This document shows, in pieces, positions 1 through 13,641 of a DNA stretch of 64,000 nucleotides; position 1 is the stretch's first letter; each line of letters begins with the position of its first letter. Source of the stretch: Epithemia pelagica (taxonomy: Eukaryota; Protista; Bacillariophyta); the NCBI GenBank assembly GCA_946965045.2, contig OX337229.1, positions 3,720,001 to 3,784,000 of the forward strand, given 5' to 3'. The notes beneath the pieces are model-generated. The model was not told the DNA's origin, made no database searches, and was given only the letters and a program-made list of their open reading frames with translations. The position numbers and the translations under genes are program-made.

Positions 1-2
1 CC

Positions 3-608
3 GGTGGTCAAAGAAACATGCGAAATTCTGTGGAATCCATGGGGACAATCGAGCCAATGAGTGTGGGGAGTGAAGCAAACATGAGCTATGCCACCATGAA
101 CAGTTCCGTTTTCTCAATTTTGCGACCTGAGGGAACTGATGAACAAGGGGACTCAAAGCCTAGCAAGGATTTCCCAACACCTGACAATGAACGCAGCTTT
201 CGTGAATTGGAACAGGAGGAGGCACCAACATATGTTCGAGTGTACCCGACCGATGCTGGGGCAGGAACTGGCTTGGAAAGCGATTTCATGAGTAGTACAA
301 AGTTTGGCCTTGCCAGTGATGCCTCAATGTCCATTGCAGACTTAGGTGGATCTCGAAAGAGGCAGCCATCTTCAGTGGCGTTAAAAGATGTCAAGGAAGA
401 GGGTTATAGGGAAGTTTATGATTCAATTCTTGGCGAAGTGGCGCCACCATCGATGCAGAGCGACTCAGCTTCCGGAATAGAAGCAATGGGAAGCTCATCG
501 TTGAATCTGTTGAAGGGAATGCTCATGTCACAGGATGAGCTTCCCCCCTCGGGAAGCTCACAACAACAGGGACGAAGTGATTTACCACAAGACAGTGCGA
601 AGAAATAG
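3..608 (+). CDS. 3' end of a gene starting upstream of the window; Ser/Met-rich low-complexity C-terminus, function unknown
   Basis: The frame of ORF 18..608 is open back to position 3 and ends at TAG 606-608. No domain recognised. Confidence 0.6.
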   Translation, partial: GGQRNMRNSVESMGTIEPMSVGSEANMSYATMNSSVFSILRPEGTDEQGDSKPSKDFPTPDNERSFRELEQEEAPTYVRVYPTDAGAGTGLESDFMSSTKFGLASDASMSIADLGGSRKRQPSSVALKDVKEEGYREVYDSILGEVAPPSMQSDSASGIEAMGSSSLNLLKGMLMSQDELPPSGSSQQQGRSDLPQDSAKK

Positions 609-893
609 CACAATGTAAGAGCATGTTAAGTATGTTGGATTGTTGTTTTACAGTTTCGTGCACTTGGACAGAGAACATGGCATCTTTGTGGCAAGGCTGA
701 TTACTCAGGTTTGACGAGATTGAAACATATCCATACGCATAAGATTAGGACCACAGAAGTAGCGAATCTTCCAGTTTTCGCGGGACTAAGGTATATGTGG
801 AAGTATTGATGCGACCAAAATGTCTATAGATTCTGGGTCATCGATCTGAAAAACGATGGAAGAAATCCCGCAAAAGACACTTTGCAGGAAGGT

Positions 894-1918
894 ATGAATA
901 CGGATACTCGTAAGATGAAAAGTGTTATCGCTTCTCCGGAACACGATAGCATTAACAATGAGAGCCTCAGCTTTCATGAGACAAACGCCAGTCGGGGCTC
1001 CAAACGGGCACATGAGCTTCTGGAAGATCATTCCAATAGTGACAGCAAAGAAAACGAGGTGCTCGACAGTACAGCATTACAGAACGAGAAGGAAAACGAC
1101 CAGGACAATGCTGCGCAATTGCTTGCCATTTGGAGAAACCTTGAGAAATCGGCGGACGATGGTGAGGGTTACGATGATGCAATTTCCAATGCCCTAGAGA
1201 AGACATCGCAGCTCGTAAACGAACAAATTGCCGAAGTCATTCGGTGTGGGCTACAAAGCTTCCATTCTCTAGAGAGACTTTCTCGTGCTCATAGTGTTCT
1301 TCAAGACGAGTGTAAGGCCAAAACAACTGAAATTCAACGCTTACGATTGGCAGACGAAAAGCAACGTAAAACGATCCAGGTAAATGCAAGACTTTCAACA
1401 TCTAACCCTTAAATCTATCGACTTACGTATGTTCTCCATACTTTACTCTGATCAAGAATTTGCTTCACTCTGTGGAATCTGTAAAGACGGATACCCGCAA
1501 TGCGTCAGATCATGCAATTGTTGAGGCCCGTTTGAGAGCTGAACTCAGCTTGGCCACTGAGGAAAAGAACGAAGCACTGCAGTCATCCCGTGCATTCCAA
1601 GCAAAAAGCTCGCTCCTTTCCGAGCAACTCCAGCAAGTCAAGAACAAACTATCCCGTGCCATCCAAGAAAAGATTCAGATCGAACGGGAACAGCGAACGT
1701 CTATGTCTCTGACCAAGTCACTTGAAACTCACCAGAGATCAACGCCTTCTGCTCCTTCAAAGGAGATCGAGCAGTACAAGCTCAAAGTAATTGATCTGGA
1801 AAACCAGGTAACAACTTTGAAAAACTTGGTTGCTCAAAAGAACGCTCGACTGGAAGAGCTGGGATGCCCGTTGAAGCACACAATCGGGGATGAGAAGAGC
1901 ATCAACACCACCAAGTGA
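894..1918 (+). CDS. Coiled-coil protein of unknown function, 2 exons (intron 1380-1456)
   Basis: ORFs 882..1412 and 1460..1918 join in frame via CAG|GTAAAT...TCAAG|AAT. Heptad-rich E/K/Q/L sequence. Confidence 0.7.
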
Positions 1919-2030
1919 CGGTGCTTGTATTTTGCTACTTCATGCCAGAATTCCGACCCATCGGTCGAAGTAGCTGAATAGGTTACTTCGTAATAATAAA
2001 GTGTTGATTTCTCCTCCGATTTCAATCTTG

Positions 2031-3956
2031 TTAAAAAATCTGGCTTGTGTTACTAGAACGACCGCTGAGACGCTGGTGAAGACCTCGCGTGCGGTGTAAG
2101 TATGATGCTCGAGCAAAACCTGTACCAGTAAATTGTTATGAGTGAAGGAAAACATAGAGACGACAATCGACCATTGTGAGTTTGAACAAGTGTTGCGTAC
2201 CTGCAATTCCCATGAGGCTTGTCAGCACAACCAATGCTGCTGAAGAAGGAAGATGAACTTTGTTAGTGAATAGACACGGAATCAAGTCTCGTGACTTGTG
2301 ACAGCTCTTACCAAAGAGGCCCACATTGTGCAAGCTACCATCGCGATACTCCATGCAGTAGGTGCTAACCTTTCTACATGTTAGCCGCGCTGAGATCACA
2401 TAGGCAACTGCCCCCGATATGCCGTTTTGAAGGACGATGTTTGCGTACGCTCCTTCTTTCTCGTAAAAGAAATAGTCCGCAAAAACAGCTTTGAGGGTCC
2501 CTTCAAATGTTGCCCTACCTATTCCTTGGAGACAATAAATCCCTATCAACATGAGGAAACTCCACTGTTCCATATTCGGTTGAATCAAGAACGGAATGGC
2601 AACCCAAGCAAAACAAGCTGCGCCCAGATAGAGGATAGGGCCCTTGCCTGTGATTCGGGCCATGTGACCAAAGACTAAGGAGGCCACAGCAGCAGCTCCG
2701 CCATGTACGGCAACCAAAAGTCCCACCATAGAAGCCTTGGAATCGTGCAACGCGAACGGAACAACTTCCCCATTGACAAACGAGTCCAGAAAAGCACCCG
2801 AGAATCCAAATGCAGCACTCAGTCCAATCATGTATTTCATTTTGGAATCATTCACCAGGAGCCGGATAGTTGCGGTCGTATTGTAGAACGCCCCTCTAGC
2901 TCCAGATGGCTCGTCCTCACTTTCTGACCGAGTCGATTGAACGGGGTATTTTTTTACAAGAATCATTAACACAGTGGCAACAACCTGGAGTAGAGCCCAA
3001 TGTAAGATGTGTCCACGACGTGTCATGGTGAGATATTAAAAAACCTACCGCAGCTGAGAAATAAACGGAAAATACGATAGCCCAGGGAACTCTAAACTGG
3101 CGAACAAGAACTGTCGACAGCAGATCAAGCGTTGTTTCCTCGATAAGAAGAACAAATGCAAAAACTCCATTAAGGTACCCAGTAGATTGCGAATGGTCTA
3201 TATTTGACAAAATAGCATACTCCTCCGCTGCCTCGGCAACGTATGTTGGCCCTGTCGAAAGAAAAAGAACAAAGTGCATGATGAGCACGCACAAAGATAC
3301 AAGACTTGTCTTTTCATCCTGGACTTCATGAACGTATACTTGCCTGAAGTCCACAGTATTCCAGCTCCAATGCCACCCACCGTGGCGCCTGTCAAGGCAA
3401 AGACTTTGTCTGACTGAGGTATGATGATGGCTGTCATAAAACAACCAATGTAGACACAAAATAGTCCCATGCCAAGAACAAGAGCGTTTCGACTTCCAAG
3501 TTCTTTGACGACATGGATGGCAAAAGTGACGGCCGACAATGTGTAGAATAGATAGAGGGTTCCCGATTGAATCATGCCCAAACCTCCAAGTTCTGCCGAA
3601 GCCAGGGCTAGGCATGCCAAGGCCGAGGCGGGGACGATCGAGAATAATATGGACATTCGACAAAAGTTGTTAAACACCTCTTTCGCTGACCTGGAACTGG
3701 ACTCAGCAATGCCGTCGCAGCTTGAAGGGTCATCCGAATATTCATCTGGGAATCTCTCCATGTTGTCTTCGTCACTACCAATATTTGTCCCACCCTGATC
3801 GTCACGGAACAAACCATTGCCTCCACGAAGAACACAAGATCCAGAAAGTTGTTCCTCAGTTGAAAGCCCGCCGTATCTTCTGCTGCTAGCGCGGAAGCCC
3901 TGCCGTTCTTCATTTTTGGACATTGCGATCCCTACTCCAGGATTCTCGTTGGACAT
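2031..3956 (-). CDS. UNC-93-like major facilitator superfamily membrane protein, multi-exon
   Basis: Hydrophobic helices with UNC-93-like segments (GTLYLFYTLSAV, GGIGAGILWTS..TY, GIGRATFEGTLKAVFADYF, AYANIVLQNG) across ORFs 3198..3962, 2917..3663 and 2136..3026. Introns inferred at about 3252-3343 (GC-AG), 2990-3048 and two near 2.1-2.3 kb. The last exon ends ...SQIF* at 2031. Confidence 0.8.
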
Positions 3957-4151
3957 GGCCAAATGCCATTGACTTTAACATTATTTCTCATTCATGTAAC
4001 CTTATCTAAAGAGCAATGAAGTCTCATACCACTCCCAAGCGCGTCCGTCGTGGATGAGCGACCGGTCCAATGACGGGCGCGCGAAACGACCCAGAAAAAA
4101 CCTCAAACAACATAAGAAGCAAGTATCCCTAGAGACGGTGGACATTCGACC

Positions 4152-7100
4152 ATGTCTCGCATTCAGGAAGCTCTGGCCGGCTTGAACATGAGCATCAAAG
4201 GTGTTGATGCCAAGGAATCTTTGTCGCCACACGCTCAGTTCATTCAAAAAGACTTGTTGCCACTGACGACCAAGCTCCAACGAGAAGTTCGTGGAAGACG
4301 ATGCCGGGTACGTCAATGACTTTTGTGTGTGGAGCCGAGATGCACGACACAATTATTGAGGAAGAGGGAAATAACAAAGAATTGTTCGACTTGTATGTAT
4401 TGTTGCACAGGATATCCAAAAGATATTGCAAGAATCTATTTTACAGATTCGTCCATTTCAGAACGAAGAATGGCCACCCAAAAAGGGCATTCCTCCAGCG
4501 TCGATTGACACGAGCGCTGGTTCCACGGAAGACAATGCACAGAAACTTTCGGAAGATTTGGATGACAACGATTATGAAGACAGTGTTGCAGATTCAGAGT
4601 CTGTGCAAGGAGAAGTGGCAGCGGAGGAGGATAGTAGGGGTGGAGCTGAGATACTTCCAGTGACCGACGCATTAGGAACCATCACGGACGATGAACAAAG
4701 CATTCGTCCTCAAAACCCAGTCGAAGAAGATCCACAAGCACAGGATCCTGTGCATAGTTCTATTGTACATCTGACTGAAACTCTGATAATGCTGATGCAC
4801 AATCCTGCCAAAACGAACCGAGCTTGCGATCTATCTTTGCAGATCATATCACTGTTAGTGGGACGTCGATACCTTTCAGGTGTGGCTGGTGGTCAAGGGG
4901 ACATTTCGGCGTCTGGACCCCACGAATCTGAGGGACAAGAATCCTCTTTGATTCACCGAGTTTTGGAAGGAGTTGCCAAAGTTTCGGAATCCAATAATGA
5001 AATGATCTATGTCCCTGTCATTGACACCTTGAAAACGCTCATGACTTCACCAAAGTGTGGCATTCATGAAGTTTCCATGTTGCTGGCACTTCGCACGACT
5101 TTCCATGTCTATCTTGTGACAAAATCAGAAACGTGCAGAAATTCTGCTAAATTGGCTCTCCTCGATATGCTTCGTTCAGTCTTTTCTCGCATGGAGGCCT
5201 ATGAGGCCGTGGCCAAGCGACAAATCCAAAAATCTGGAGCCACATCCAATGTTTCCACTCCAAAATCCGATGACGGAGGATCCGTCTCGAACGTGTCATT
5301 TGCTTCTCAATACCATACCGATAGTTACGTGCTTTTTCGGGCTCTCTGTAAATTGAGCTCCAAAGATCTACCAGTGGACAATGACAATGAGACAGCAACT
5401 CGGCTATTCAATACGCATGCAACAACCGACCCTCTTGCCCTCAACAGCAAGATTCTGTCTCTAGAACTTATTCTTGCTGCAATGGATTTTTGCGGTGAAG
5501 CATTCTGTGAAGGAGAGCGATTCATTCACCTCTTGCAGCATTATCTCTGCTCTTCTTTGCTAAAGAACTGCATGTCCGAGCATACCCAAATTGCTTTTAC
5601 GTCACAAAAAATTTTCCTTGTTCTGGTGTACAAGTTCAAGGCGCATTTGAAGCAAGAGATTGAAGTTTTCCTTTCCAATGTATTTCTGAAAGTACTCGAT
5701 TCACCAAACTCGTCTTTTAAACAAAAAGCATTGGTGTTGGAATCACTGCGGTCGTTGAGCAATGATGCATCTCTCCTCACGCAACTATTTCTTAATTACG
5801 ACTGTGATTTGCATGAAAAGAACTTGTACAAAGAAATCATTCACATGCTGACAAAGTTGGCAGGGAAGGCAACATCTGCTCCCTCGTCCGTTTCACGAAA
5901 GGATTCGGAAGAAGAAACCGAGTTAAGCCTTGCAGCTATTGAAGTCCTGGTCACCACAATGCGAGCAATGCTTCGTGCGCTTGGGCTGCCTAGTGGAGAA
6001 GAGCCCAGCGAGGATAGTGCCGGGGCACGAATCAGAGGAATGCTCAGTATTGATGCTGCTGAGTCGACAAAACCGGAGGAAACTAAGGATGTCGCTTCTG
6101 CCGCGACCGAAAGTTTGACGGACGATATATCTGTCTCTGACCGAATAAGTACTGCTGTTGGCGAGTTTGAAGAGATTGGCAGTTCTGATGTCGCTGGGCA
6201 GATAGTCGATGCCTACGAGATGAAGCGAAATGTTGAACAGAACTTTGAAATCGGTGCGGTAAAATTCACTCTGTCGCTCAAGGGCGGTCTCAATTTTTTC
6301 ATAGACAATGGGCTAGTTAAGCTCGATGCCCGTGAAATGGCATTGTTCTTTCTGGCAAACCGTGATAAGTTGGACAAAACGCAAATGGGGGAGGCACTGG
6401 GACGTGAACCAGACTCAGCGTTTGTTAAGGACAACAACGTTGACGCGGAGAAGGGAGGCCCTGGTTTCTGGGTCCGGATTCTACACCATTACATTGACGC
6501 TCTTGAGTTTTCTGGACTGTTGTTTGACGAAGCGATTCGGTTGTTCTTGTCTGGTTTTCGTCTTCCCGGTGAGGCCCAGAAGATTGATCGAATAATGGAA
6601 AAGTTTGCTGAGAAGTTTACCTCCCAGAATCCTGAGATCTTCCCATCAGCTGACACAGCGTTTATTCTGGCTTTCTCAGTGATCATGCTAAACACTGATC
6701 TTCACAACCCTAGTATCAAGCCTGAGAGAAGAATGACGTTGGATTCGTTCTTGCGCAATAATCGAGGAATTGGTGAAAACGGTTCTGATCTCCCTCAAGA
6801 GTTCCTAGAAGGGATATTCAATCGCATAAAAGAGAAGCCCTTTAGTTTGAAAGAAGATGACGATGCGCGAGAAAGAGTTGCACAAAAACAAATATCCGAT
6901 TCCCTGGTTTTCTTTGAAAGCCCCGCCTTATTCGGGACAACGATGGAGCAACGGAAAAGGGAAACATTCAAGAAGGAGAAGGATGAACTTGTAGCACAGA
7001 CTGAAAGATTGATCCGTCGACGACCAGAAAAGAGCACACCTCGAACTGCGGGAACCTCGACGAACCTCGATTCGGTTGCTCCCGCCGACGTAGTTAGGCC

Positions 7101-10100
7101 GATGTTTGATGTAACATGGGGGCCTTTGCTTGGTATTCTATCTCAAGTACTTGAATGTTCAGATGACGAAAGAAGCATTACGGTGTGCTTGAGTGGGTTT
7201 ATATACGCGGTTCGCATTTCGTCTCATGGGAGGATGTCCCTTGCTCGAGATACCTTTGTGTCATCCCTCGCCAAATTCACGTACCTCGGTTCAATAAAGG
7301 AAATGAAGAGGAAAAACATTGAAAGTGTAAGAACTCTTTTGACCATTGCCATCGTTGACGGCGAGTACCTTGGGGAATGTTGGGAACCAGTGCTACAGTG
7401 CATATCACAACTTGCGCGATTGAGGCTTTATGCTTCAGGCCTTGACGCCGACGAATCGTTTCTCGGAAAACAGAAGAAAGCACAACCTACTCCTGCTCGC
7501 GACTTCGATTTGTTTCGTCCAGCTCCTCGTGTTGACTCTGCCCGTGAGGCCGAAGAAATCAATGGAAAGGCAATCCTAGAAGCTGTTCACGAGTCGCTCA
7601 TGGACAAGGTGTTCTCTTCAACAGTGAATCTCTCCGCACATAGTTTGGCTAGATTCATTGAGCGACTGATCACAGTTTCACGAGCAGAGATTGCGGGTAA
7701 TTCAAAGAGTGTCATCACTGGAATCGACAGCGGCAGAGGAAAGAATGCGTCGACTGGAAATGAAGGACCAAGTATCTTTTCCTTGCAACGATTGGTGGAG
7801 GTAGCGGATTTCAATATGAATGTTCGGCCACGTCTTGTATGGGCGCAAGTATGGGAAGTCTTGGCAGATTTTTTTGCCGAAATCGCTTGTCATGAAAACG
7901 CTATGGTCAGCGTCTTTGCGATTGATTCGCTTAAACAGTTGAGCTTCAAGTTCTTGGAGAAACCAGAGTTGAAGGAGTTCAATTTCCAAAGATTGTTTCT
8001 GAAACCTTTTCTCGTTGTTATGGAAGACAAAGGAAGCAGGGTTGAAATTCGGGAAATGGTTCTTCAATGTGTTAGCAATATTGTGATGACGAAAAGCCAC
8101 AATCTGCGCAGTGGATGGAAAGTTGTTTTTTCTATCTTGGACCACTCAGCCTGTGATGCGAATCCCAAAATCGAGGCTCTTGGCATGGGGATCTTACAGC
8201 GCCTACTGGACGAACATCTCTCGGAACTCTGCAGTATTTCGGACGAAGACAGCTCATCAGATACGAACCGTACCCTTTCTAGCATGGAACGTAGAGATCG
8301 GAACGCAAATGTTGATGATTTTGTTGGCCTCTGTCGTGCTTCGTTGTCGTTTGTTGGAAAAGAAGGTACTGGTACTCCCCGACCAGTAGGACTATCGCTC
8401 CGGGCATTCTGTCATACTGCCATTTACGCAGATCTTCTGGCGTCAAAGCGTGTTCATCCGGCAGTGTCAGGAGCTCAATCTACTGAACCAGACTCTCCTG
8501 GGTATACTTATTCTGGTTTAGGGGAACAGGATAGTCTTGAAATGGTTGCATGGAGACCTTTACTAGAAGGGCTGGCGGAATGGGTGCGATCCCCGGTAAC
8601 TGATGGAGCCGGAGGAGTAGGTTGTCTGTTGCAACGGGGGAGTATCCTTGCCTTGCGTGCTATTTTGCTGCGTCATGGACACATTTTCTCCCATGCTCAA
8701 TTGTCGGCGATTCTAGAACAAACGCTGATCCCTGCCATTCAAGCTGGTGCAGAGAGCGACACGTCACAAGTTTTAAACATTTCATCAGAGTCGCCCTTTG
8801 TTTCCAGCATCGACTTTTTGGCTGAACCCCTTCCGCTGCCACCAGCTGCAGACGACAATCGTCTTCGCCTATTCGAATCGAATATGGATTCGTCATCGAA
8901 ACGCAAACTTGGATCTGCGGAGTTGATGCTGGAAGCAAGCTTCACCGATCTGAGACATGGAGGCGACGGTGACCTAAGCCGAGCTTACCAACTTGCCAAG
9001 AAGGAGGATGTAGCTCTACGACCTGCATTGGAAGAACCCTTCCCGAACAGTTGGCTTGCGACTACGGCCCCATCAGCTCTCGGTCTTCTCACCGATGTTG
9101 CTAGCGTAGTTGTTGTTCCTCGTGGGGACGAAGGAAGCAGATTCATTTGGCCCTGTCTTGCGCAACAATATAGAGCTTGGTGTGTGGGGAGAACCGGTGT
9201 TGTCAATGATAACGAAAGTGTTCGATGGACTCCATGCGAAGCACTTGTGCGAGTCACCTGTCGAGAGATGCAGCGTCTATCATCAAGACTATCGGATATG
9301 TTCGACAAGATGGAAAATGCAGATGCTACTAGTTGGGCTTCATGCGTCCTTGATCTTTTTGCGGATCTGATACATCAAAACGTCCTGGTTGAAAACAAAG
9401 TCCGGGAAGCACTTGTACTTCGCAGACAAGAGTTTGTGGGTCAAATTCAAGAGGAACCCACCCGTTCACCTCCAAGTCGACAAGGATCGCTTCGAAATAC
9501 CCCGTTCGGACGAGGCCGTCTACTTAAACTTCGGCATGATGGTTTCGATGTCGAAGGAGAGCGCGTTACAAACGTCATCAAGCTCAATTTTGGGGGCACT
9601 TTGTATCAACCCGAAACACTATCCAGCCCCTTTAAAGGGGAGTCGGCTGAATCTAGGTTAGAAGGTACCAACAACGGAGCTAGCGACGAGTCGTTTTCTG
9701 GGTCTGCGGACTACCTTAAGGACGGAGTACCCTCCCTGAGAATTCGGGTCATTGCGCTTCATATGCTCCATCATGCACTCTGTGATGTGCTGGATCGCTA
9801 TGTTTCCCATGTCCCGCAGCATGTCATCTCAGGCTTGATCGACGCACTGAACGAATCTCGTGTTTCCGCAGAACGAGCAGTCTCCGAACAAGATGTCGCA
9901 GTCGCTTTTCAGGAAGCTTTGATGAGTGACTGGGGACATGGTGTTGACGAGATGCAAGCGGCCATTGAAGGCTCATCTCACCTTCAAGGCAGTGCTATGT
10001 TTTTCCTGACACAAGAGGCTGGTGCAACCCAGGCAACGATTAATATGTTATCCATTCTATACAAAGGCACAGACGATACTGCAGAAAGGGAAGAATGGGA

Positions 10101-10437
10101 CAGAGAAACCTTTGCTGAACCCTACCTCCTTGCTGTAATTCATGATGTGATGACAAAATTTGTGGCATCGGAGAGACGTGATAGTCACATGATAACCCCC
10201 AATGTGTGGCGTAATGCAAGTGAGAGCGGTGGCAAAGTTGCTGTATATTGCACTTCGTTTGCTACCGTCATTGTTGAAATTCTGACCATATTGAAATTGA
10301 TGAGAGAAGATCAGTTCAGAAAACACATACGAGTTATATTTCCGTGGTTGTGTGATTTGGTCTGCGTTCAAAGTGATGAAATTCGTCACCTGGTCAAAGA
10401 TGTCATGGAAAGACAAGTGCTACCAGCCATAGCCTAG
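4152..10437 (+). CDS. Large Sec7-domain ARF guanine-nucleotide exchange factor (BIG/Sec7 family)
   Basis: 2003-aa ORF 4426..10437 with DCB/HUS region (SKILSLELIL, YDCD), Sec7 catalytic FRLPGEAQKID and AFSVIMLNTDLHNP, and HDS region (LQRLVEVADFNM, FAIDSLKQLSFKFLEK). An upstream exon 4152-4307 joins in frame via intron 4308-4410. Confidence 0.95.
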
Positions 10438-11296
10438 TCGAGGAATCATGACATTGTCGGACGTTGGCCATCGCAGCTCGTTTAGTCTCCCACCGTAGCA
10501 TTTGGTTTGTACTCCATTCAAAACTTTGTGAAGTAATAAAACGAACTACTGACGAAAAGTAAACTGCTCCAGGCGATGGGAATACTATGAAGCAAAAATA
10601 GGAGTTCCTCTTCTCTTCGTTGCGAACTTGTTGGGTAATGTCAGAACTACGCTCCTAAAATGAGTGAGTTGTGAGATAGCCTTATTCAACCTCCCAATCC
10701 GCGCTGAAGTGATATGAGGAGGAGGAAAGGTCGCGGGAATGGGTTTAAGGTTTAACATACCTCACCACTATATTCAAGAGTGTCTCCGGGTACGTCACCG
10801 TGAGATGTGAGGGAGGTACCTTAGATGTATAGATCCCATCTCCCAACACTCCTACGCGAGGGTGAAAAACTAAAGGAGTGCATTTTTACACTATGTGTTT
10901 GTGTATCAACAGCGGTGCAACTCTTACCGCTCAGGGAGATTGATGCTTCTTGCGCAGTTTTCTCGTTTCGCTGATACACCTCATCGCCCAGATATCAAGG
11001 GGGGACCGGGCTGCGCGAATCATCAATCGGTTGGAATGAAAAATTTTTCCCCTTACACGAACAACCGGCCATTGATCGATTGAGAGTTGCGTCTGTTGGT
11101 CCCATTCACTCTTTCGTTCTGAATCGTCAATTCACGCAAGACGCTCTTTTCTTTCGCGTAGTCTTCTTTTTCGGCTTCTTCTGTCTGTGATTGATTGAAC
11201 TGATGTCACTCTCATGAAAAAAGTCGACACTTCCTCGTCAGGGCAAAAAACAACATCAAGAGCCTATTTCATGTTCCATCACACAGTTTTTAGACC

Positions 11297-13539
11297 ATGG
11301 CTGGAAAGATAGTCTCTTTGCTCTTTTCAATTCATCTGTTCTTCGTCGGCTGTCCAGTTGTTCTGTGCAGACTTTTGGACTTTCTCGATGATTTCGATGC
11401 AATTCCATTTGATAAGTCCAGTGACGCATGCAAACACAACTCGGATCTTCTAGCTCGAGTCCTCTCCCAAAACGCTTCGAACAATGTCCTGAGGTTTCCT
11501 TTCAATCACACTTTTCACCTGCATCATGGGATTGTCGCCTCAGGGGTCAACAACAGCGTAATACAGCTGGACGGGACCCTTCGATTTGAGAAGAGTGAGT
11601 TGCCGAACGAGAAACTGGAGAAAAAGTACCTTGCATGTGTGACAATCGAGAAGACGCGGAACCTCACCATAACGAGTAATCACCGAGGGGTTGTCGACGG
11701 TCGGGGATCACAGGTAAGTTGTGGTTTGCTTTTGTAGCTGGTGCTTGATGGGCATGTCCTCACTATGGTGAGTCTCCCATATGCCAGTACTGGGGGATTC
11801 CGGTGATAGGCTACGTACAACGAAAGGAGCATCGTCCTCGGTTGCTACGATTCAACCTCACGGAAGAACTTCTCATCGAGAACATCGTCCTCCAAGACTC
11901 CCCATATCATACTCTTTACCTGGACTCTGTTAATAACGTCGAGGTTCGGAACACAAGCATAATTGCGCGTCGCACGAGCCAGGACGGCCACGGATGGGTT
12001 GATTTAACTGCGTTCAATACTGATGGAATTGATGTTTCTGGACACAATGTTTGGATTCATGGTAAGGGGTTGCTTGTTTGATGATGTAACGTCAGATTTC
12101 CGCCCGTGCTCACGTGTGTTGGACATGATGACACAGACTGCGATATTTGGGTGCAAGACGATTGCATTGCGGTAAAGGACGTGAAAAATCACAGTGGTAT
12201 CCCCTTCCATCCAATGTCCTCTAATATGACTTTTGAACGGATAAACGCAACGGGTCTTGGATTTACCATTGGGTCGATTCAAGGCACCCATGTTAAAAAC
12301 ATAACATTCAGGGACAGCTACTTGCATCGGACTGTGAAAGGGATTTATATGAAGTTCTCAAACCCGAAGCGAAGATTTATCGAAAACGATATACACGCGG
12401 TGGTGGAGGACATTTTGTACGACAATATTACCATGGAAGCACCGACACAGTGGCCCATATGGATCGGGCCAGCGCAACAGGCCGACACCAGCGATTTTTG
12501 TCACCCCAATCCCTGTAGTTTGTGCTGGCCCATGACCCCGGGTTCAAAATGTCATGTTGTTCCAAAGAACAAGTTTCGCAACATCACTCTTCGCAATGTA
12601 CGAATGAATAATCCACAAATGTCCCCTGGTGTGCTATATGGAAGTCACGTAGATACCATTGATGATGTTGTCTTCGAAAATGTTCAGGTTACTAAAGGAA
12701 AACCTCTACCGATATCACAAATGAACATTCATGAAACCTTTCCCGGAACTCGCCAACCTATTCACGATGCACATGTTCCCTCTTACCTTGCAAATGCGGA
12801 ACGAAAGGCAGAAGGCATACTTGATCGAATACGATCTGCAATCGTTCGAGCAAAAGGCGCAGTTGAAAGAACACGTGGAACTTACTCGGAAGTAGCTGTC
12901 AATCTGGTTCAAAATGGTGGTGGAGCTGAACAGTGGTACTTGTCTATGATGCTGCGCGCAGTGCTCGCCACGACTTGGATGTGGGTCCTTCTTGCGGTCT
13001 TTATGGGTATACTAGCCACATGCGTTGCGCTTCACTGGAGACGGTTCAGCCGATCAGAGGAGGCACGAAATTGGGGCTGGCTTTATCATTTCTTGTACGG
13101 CCTGCTGTTTTGTGTTTTCTTTTTCTCGTGCTTATGCTCAATGGCGCTGCCGTTTCGAAAGCCTAAGTGGGAACGGACGAATCGATATTACGAGTGTAAA
13201 GGGGTGAACAACGGAATCGCAAGAGGGAGCACATGGCCGATTCCTGCGTGTTTTGAAGAAGAACAACACTGGTCTGCAGGTTTTAACGCTGGTGGTGACG
13301 GTTCATCCTCTCACTTTCCCTTGGTCGATATTACCGCAGTATTTTCTTGCCTGTTCCTTTTCTGGGGAATAATCGTTCATCGGAGATATGGTTTCCCACA
13401 AGCAGAATCTGAAAAATCTTCAGTCACGTCCGATGTGGAAGAAGAAGACTATGTGGAATGGACTGAACACAGAAAACAGCTGCTGATTTCCAATAAACAA
13501 CGTGATACAGGTGCAGAACACGGCATCTCTGCGTGCTAG
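11297..13539 (+). CDS. Glycoside hydrolase family 28 (polygalacturonase-like) protein with signal peptide and C-terminal membrane helices; introns 11714-11787 and 12062-12136
   Basis: N-terminal hydrophobic signal; VDGRGSQYW, LQDSPYHT, FNTDGIDV, QDDCIAVK, GLGFTIGS and NITFRDS beta-helix motifs. Splice sites restore the frame across ORFs 11297, 11803 and 12106. Confidence 0.85.
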
Positions 13540-13641
13540 CTACTACTTTAATACCCTTAGTTATATGAAATTGTACAGCGACGACTGGTGTTAATGCTTT
13601 CTCTTTATGATAATACCGACGACCCTGGTTTTGCAAAGCAT

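Noticed and set aside
10440-11296. Possible tRNA/snRNA in the spacer between Sec7 and GH28 and in other intergenic gaps
   Set aside because: No cloverleaf, box A/B or Sm-site pattern could be recognised by eye. tRNAscan-SE or Infernal would be needed.
11714-11737. 24-nt GT...AG mini-intron in the GH28 gene
   Set aside because: Too short, and the acceptor at 11787 restores the conserved DGRGSQYW sequence.
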